The notes below the pieces were generated by a model that searched no databases, was not told the DNA's origin, and was given only the letters and a program-made list of their open reading frames with translations. From a virus: DNA of 64,000 nt. The first letter of the stretch is position 1. Each line of letters opens with the position of its first letter. A program made the position numbers and the translations under genes. This document shows positions 60,363-64,000 of this stretch, in pieces. The stretch lies in IMG/VR virus record IMGVR_UViG_3300032240_003128. One strand, written 5' to 3'.

Positions 60363-62366
60363 TTACTCATTATCTATACAAGAAACTCCATTTTCTAATT
60401 TCAATTTCAATCGACTTGAATCGGACAATAATTCCAAAAGTTCTTGATCATGTGTGGTAACAAATACTTGTTTATTTTTAGCTATGTTTTTAATAAGTTT
60501 GTATATTGCATTGTTACCTTGAGAATCCATATTAATAGAGATTTCGTCTAAAAAAATAATACTAGGAGTTGAGCCGCTGTTTAATTCACGAACATGAGCA
60601 AATGCTTGTGAAACTGCTAAATTAATTCTTCTTTTTTGACCATTTGATAACAAATCATATATGATAGATGTAGAATCTGTTATTTTTTGAATTTCTTCAT
60701 TAAATTCGTTATCAAATTTTAAAGATAAGTTACCATCAACCAGTATTGAAAGCATGCTCTGTATTGAATTATTAAGTAGAGGTAAAATCTGATCTATGAC
60801 AAATTTACGAACACCTTTATCGCCAAAAGCATCGATCCAAAAATTAAGATATGGTATTTTAGATACTAGGCTATTAAGTTTAACTTGTGTTTCCTTCTTG
60901 CTTTCTTTTGCTGCCTCAATTTTTGTTTGAGCAGTTTGGATAATGTCGCAAAATGGGGACTTACCAGTGATTGAATTTTCTTTTTCCATAATAGTCACAG
61001 AATTGACTGCTATTTTGTTTTCCAGCTTATCAATCAAATTTAATGTTTCAGGCTTTTGAATTTTGTTAAGATTTTTGTTTTCTTCTTGAAGATTATAAAT
61101 TTTGTTTTTACTATCTGTCAAAGATGAAGCAATTTTATTTTTTAAATCAACCACTTTTGCCAAATCAGATTTGATGCTGTTTATCTTCTCGATCAATTCT
61201 TTTTGCTTGTTTTCTTGTTCAGTTTTGTTGGTTTTTAATAATTCTTGTTTGCTATTGCATTCGCCTTCGATATGAAAGTAACTGTTTTTATCTACAACTG
61301 ATAAGCAATGATCGCACTCAACTCCGTCCTCAAGCTTTGAAATTTTATCAATTTTTTTCTTATTTTCGTTTAGCTTTCCATCAATTGATAATATTTCGTT
61401 TTTAATTTCGTTAAGATTTCCAACATATTCAATTAATACGGTTTTACCTTCTTCAATTTTGGCTTCAATCTGATCTTTAGATGCATCAAGCTTATTTATT
61501 TTGCTGTTTAATTGTTCTATTTGAGAATTGTTTTCTTCTATTTTGATTTGAGCGTTATTATATTTTTCAACTTGTGGATCAAATGCTTTTAGATCTTCAA
61601 TTTGTTTTTTTAATATTTTTTGATCATTTTCCAGATTTTGAACTTCTTGTTCTAAAGTATTTTTCCAAATACTTTTCTTTTCAATAATCTGATTAAATTG
61701 AAATGTTAAATTGTCAATAGTATTTTGGTTGTGGTTGTCGTCTTTTTCTGTAAGAGATATTTCTGTTTTAGTTTCTTTTAATATTTCTTTTGTTTTTTCG
61801 TTATAGATTCTATATTTTTCTAACCCAAGAAGATTTTCAACAATCATTCTTCTTTCGGAAGCGTTAGCTTCCAGATAACTGTCGGTATTTGAATCTGTGA
61901 ATACACAAATTGATTTAAATGTTTCGTAATTGAAACCAAGTATAGTTTCAATCATGTCTTGTGTTTGTTTTATCTCTCCTCTGGTTAATTCAGTTGTTTC
62001 GTCGAATACACTTTCTTTTGAGCGCCAGAGCTTTAGTCCATCTGGCTTTCTAGAACGCAATATTTTTACATCATCGAAACATATTTCAATTGCCATTTTT
62101 TTGTTTGTTTTGTTGTTAATTACATCTTTTGCACCAATTTTTTTAGGATTTTTCAATGTTTTGCCGAACAATCCATAAAGAAGAGCATCCATAATGCTGC
62201 TCTTGCCGCTACCATTACTTGAATTCAAGTCTCCATCTTTAACGTCTAAATTTTTACCTGTAAGAACAACAATTGAATCGTAATTGATAAAATCAATTTC
62301 AATTCCTTGTTCGCCAAAGCACAAAAAGTTTTGTGCTTTTAATTTTTTAAACTCAATTTTACGCAT
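60363..62366 (-). CDS. gp46: Rad50/SbcC-like recombination ATPase (T4 gp46-like)
   Basis: NGSGKSS; coiled coil with CDHC zinc hook; LSNGQ; IFLDE; TTHD. Likely start MRKIEF at 62366. Confidence 0.92.
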   Translation of the reverse strand: MRKIEFKKLKAQNFLCFGEQGIEIDFINYDSIVVLTGKNLDVKDGDLNSSNGSGKSSIMDALLYGLFGKTLKNPKKIGAKDVINNKTNKKMAIEICFDDVKILRSRKPDGLKLWRSKESVFDETTELTRGEIKQTQDMIETILGFNYETFKSICVFTDSNTDSYLEANASERRMIVENLLGLEKYRIYNEKTKEILKETKTEISLTEKDDNHNQNTIDNLTFQFNQIIEKKSIWKNTLEQEVQNLENDQKILKKQIEDLKAFDPQVEKYNNAQIKIEENNSQIEQLNSKINKLDASKDQIEAKIEEGKTVLIEYVGNLNEIKNEILSIDGKLNENKKKIDKISKLEDGVECDHCLSVVDKNSYFHIEGECNSKQELLKTNKTEQENKQKELIEKINSIKSDLAKVVDLKNKIASSLTDSKNKIYNLQEENKNLNKIQKPETLNLIDKLENKIAVNSVTIMEKENSITGKSPFCDIIQTAQTKIEAAKESKKETQVKLNSLVSKIPYLNFWIDAFGDKGVRKFVIDQILPLLNNSIQSMLSILVDGNLSLKFDNEFNEEIQKITDSTSIIYDLLSNGQKRRINLAVSQAFAHVRELNSGSTPSIIFLDEISINMDSQGNNAIYKLIKNIAKNKQVFVTTHDQELLELLSDSSRLKLKLENGVSCIDNE

Positions 62367-62370
62367 AAAT

Positions 62371-63450
62371 TCATTCCTGAGATTTGTTGATAATATCAAA
62401 ACCACACTCAACAAGCAAATTTTTATCCAGATCTGTTGTTGATATTTCAACAAATTTTCTAACCATTGTGTCAGCTTGGCTAAGGATTTCTTTGGCAATT
62501 TTTACTTGTTCTAATTCGTTTGATTGTGTTTTTTCTGAAATGTTTTTCTTGATTTTTATTGATTTTATACCTTTTTCTTCTAGTATTTTTATATTTTTGG
62601 CAATTACTTCTTTTTCTTCTTCGTCTATAAGCATTGAAACAAAAGATTTTTTAAGGACTTCTGGATCTAAACTCATCAAATTATCAATAGTGCCTTCAAA
62701 ATGCTGAGGGCTAAAATTATTTGTCACATAATTTATGATGTAATCATTATCAGTAATTTCTAAAATTATGATATTCTTTGTATCTTCAAGTTCTCCAAAA
62801 GATAATTGCAAAGGACTGCCTATGTACTCAACATTATTTGCTATCATTTGTGCGTTGTGATAATGACCCAAAAATACATGTTTGTAATTTTTGAATACAT
62901 TTGAACTAACTTTTATCATTTCTCCATCATGTTCAATTTCAACATCAGCTGTCGATCCTTTAGAGTTAAGTTTAGCGCCATCAACTGCTAAGTGACCTAG
63001 TAAAAAAGAATCTTGAGGATTTTCTTTTTCTAAATTTTGAATATTTTCTATTGGATTGTGTGTGAACGGAACAAAATGCCAGCTAACATTATCTATAAAA
63101 ATACGATCTGGTTTATCAATTATGTAAACATTAGGGAATGCAGATAGAGTACTAGCAGAGCTGATAGATGTTTTTTCGTAATACCATAGATCGTGGTTTC
63201 CTAATAATACATAGAAATTAATAGATCCATCAAGATATCTTTTTAATACAGCAAATGTTTCATGTAATACAATTGATTCTATTTTGGTACGGTCATGGAA
63301 AAAATCACCGCCAAATAATATATTTTTTATTTTATTTTTCTTAGCTGTTTCAAAGACCCAGACTAAGCAATCTAAACAATTGCGTAATCTTTCTTCGCTT
63401 TTTTTGTGCGGATGAAGATGTATGTCAGTGAAAAGCAAAAATTTTGCCAT
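62371..63450 (-). CDS. gp47: Mre11/SbcD-like nuclease (T4 gp47-like)
   Basis: TDIH; GGDFFH; GNHD; LGHYH; YIGSPLQLSFGE. Confidence 0.92.
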   Translation of the reverse strand: MAKFLLFTDIHLHPHKKSEERLRNCLDCLVWVFETAKKNKIKNILFGGDFFHDRTKIESIVLHETFAVLKRYLDGSINFYVLLGNHDLWYYEKTSISSASTLSAFPNVYIIDKPDRIFIDNVSWHFVPFTHNPIENIQNLEKENPQDSFLLGHLAVDGAKLNSKGSTADVEIEHDGEMIKVSSNVFKNYKHVFLGHYHNAQMIANNVEYIGSPLQLSFGELEDTKNIIILEITDNDYIINYVTNNFSPQHFEGTIDNLMSLDPEVLKKSFVSMLIDEEEKEVIAKNIKILEEKGIKSIKIKKNISEKTQSNELEQVKIAKEILSQADTMVRKFVEISTTDLDKNLLVECGFDIINKSQE

Positions 63451-63494
63451 GCTGTACTCATGAGAATGCGTCAGCTTAAGACATCATAATTATT

Positions 63495-63523
63495 ATTATA
63501 ACCAAATCAAAGATAAGCTTCAA
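63495..63523 (-). promoter_or_regulatory. Sigma70-type promoter for the gp47-gp46 operon
   Basis: Minus strand TTGAAG-N17-TATAAT. Confidence 0.65.
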
Positions 63524-63857
63524 GAGGATCTTTTTGTTTAATCTTGTCTTTGAAATATTTTTCTAACAAATCCCAAGCATTTAACTTTTTAATATCGGTT
63601 ATTGTTGTTTGAGTTGCTCCACCTGCGCCGCCGCCAAGACTACCACCTAAGCCGCCTAAATCACCACCGGGAGGAGGGGGCATTCCGCCACCGCCTAAGC
63701 CGCCTAAATCACCACCGGGAGGAGGTGGTGTTGCGCCGCCACCTAAATCGCCACCGGGAGGGGCACCGGGAGGGGCACCGGGAGGAGCGCCACCAGCTGG
63801 TGGTGCATCAGCTTCAGTAAAAAAATATTTTTTTCTAAATTGATGAATTGTAATCAT
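63507..63857 (-). CDS. Gly/Pro-rich low-complexity small protein
   Basis: Leader ending FFTE; repeated PPPPGGDLGG; helical C-terminus. Confidence 0.7.
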   Translation of the reverse strand: MITIHQFRKKYFFTEADAPPAGGAPPGAPPGAPPGGDLGGGATPPPPGGDLGGLGGGGMPPPPGGDLGGLGGSLGGGAGGATQTTITDIKKLNAWDLLEKYFKDKIKQKDPLEAYL

Positions 63858-63875
63858 ATAAAATATATATGTTTA

Positions 63876-64000
63876 ATGAAAACATTTTGGGAATATTTAC
63901 ATAATGAAGAAATTGCTCCTATTGAAGCAAATCCTTCTCCTTCTGAACCGCCACCTGCTGTTTCCACACCGCAGCCTGCAACTCAAAGCTTTAGACCAAA
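63876..64000 (+). CDS. 3'-truncated protein beginning MKTFWEYLHNEE (not in the ORF track)
   Basis: ATG at 63876, open to the window end, divergent from 63857. Confidence 0.65.
   Translation, partial: MKTFWEYLHNEEIAPIEANPSPSEPPPAVSTPQPATQSFRP

Overview
AT-rich, gene-dense 64-kb segment of a large T4-related (probably jumbo) myophage using the standard bacterial code. The tail and neck genes are gp13/gp14/gp15-like neck and terminator proteins, tail sheath, two tail tubes and gp26/gp51-like hub proteins. Replication and transcription genes include a gp55-like late sigma factor, primase, gp46/gp47 (Rad50/Mre11), a class II RNR, a resolvase and a MoxR-AAA/vWA pair. The first ~17 kb encode two very large fibre-like proteins built from RCC1 and other beta-propellers, PKD, P-domain, Cys-rich modules and Pro/Thr/Ser linkers; the first is open past the window edge. 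Accessory genes include an actin-like ATPase with a tandem-repeat partner, a truncated McsA-like zinc protein, a phiEco32-type COOH-NH2 ligase, a class II GATase, several glycosyltransferases and a sulfotransferase. Signals missing from the ORF track are: (i) a candidate -1 frameshift joining gp26-like and gp51-like frames; (ii) an ATT start codon on the GATase; (iii) divergent genes 14-18 nt apart around a TATATA/TAAATA element, implying leaderless late mRNAs; (iv) a dispersed set of proteins with T4-like capsid-targeting N-termini, several with low-complexity cargo; (v) apparent avoidance of CCWGG; (vi) paired terminal cysteines on the propellers of the giant fibre. All family assignments are by-eye motif recognition; no searches were run.
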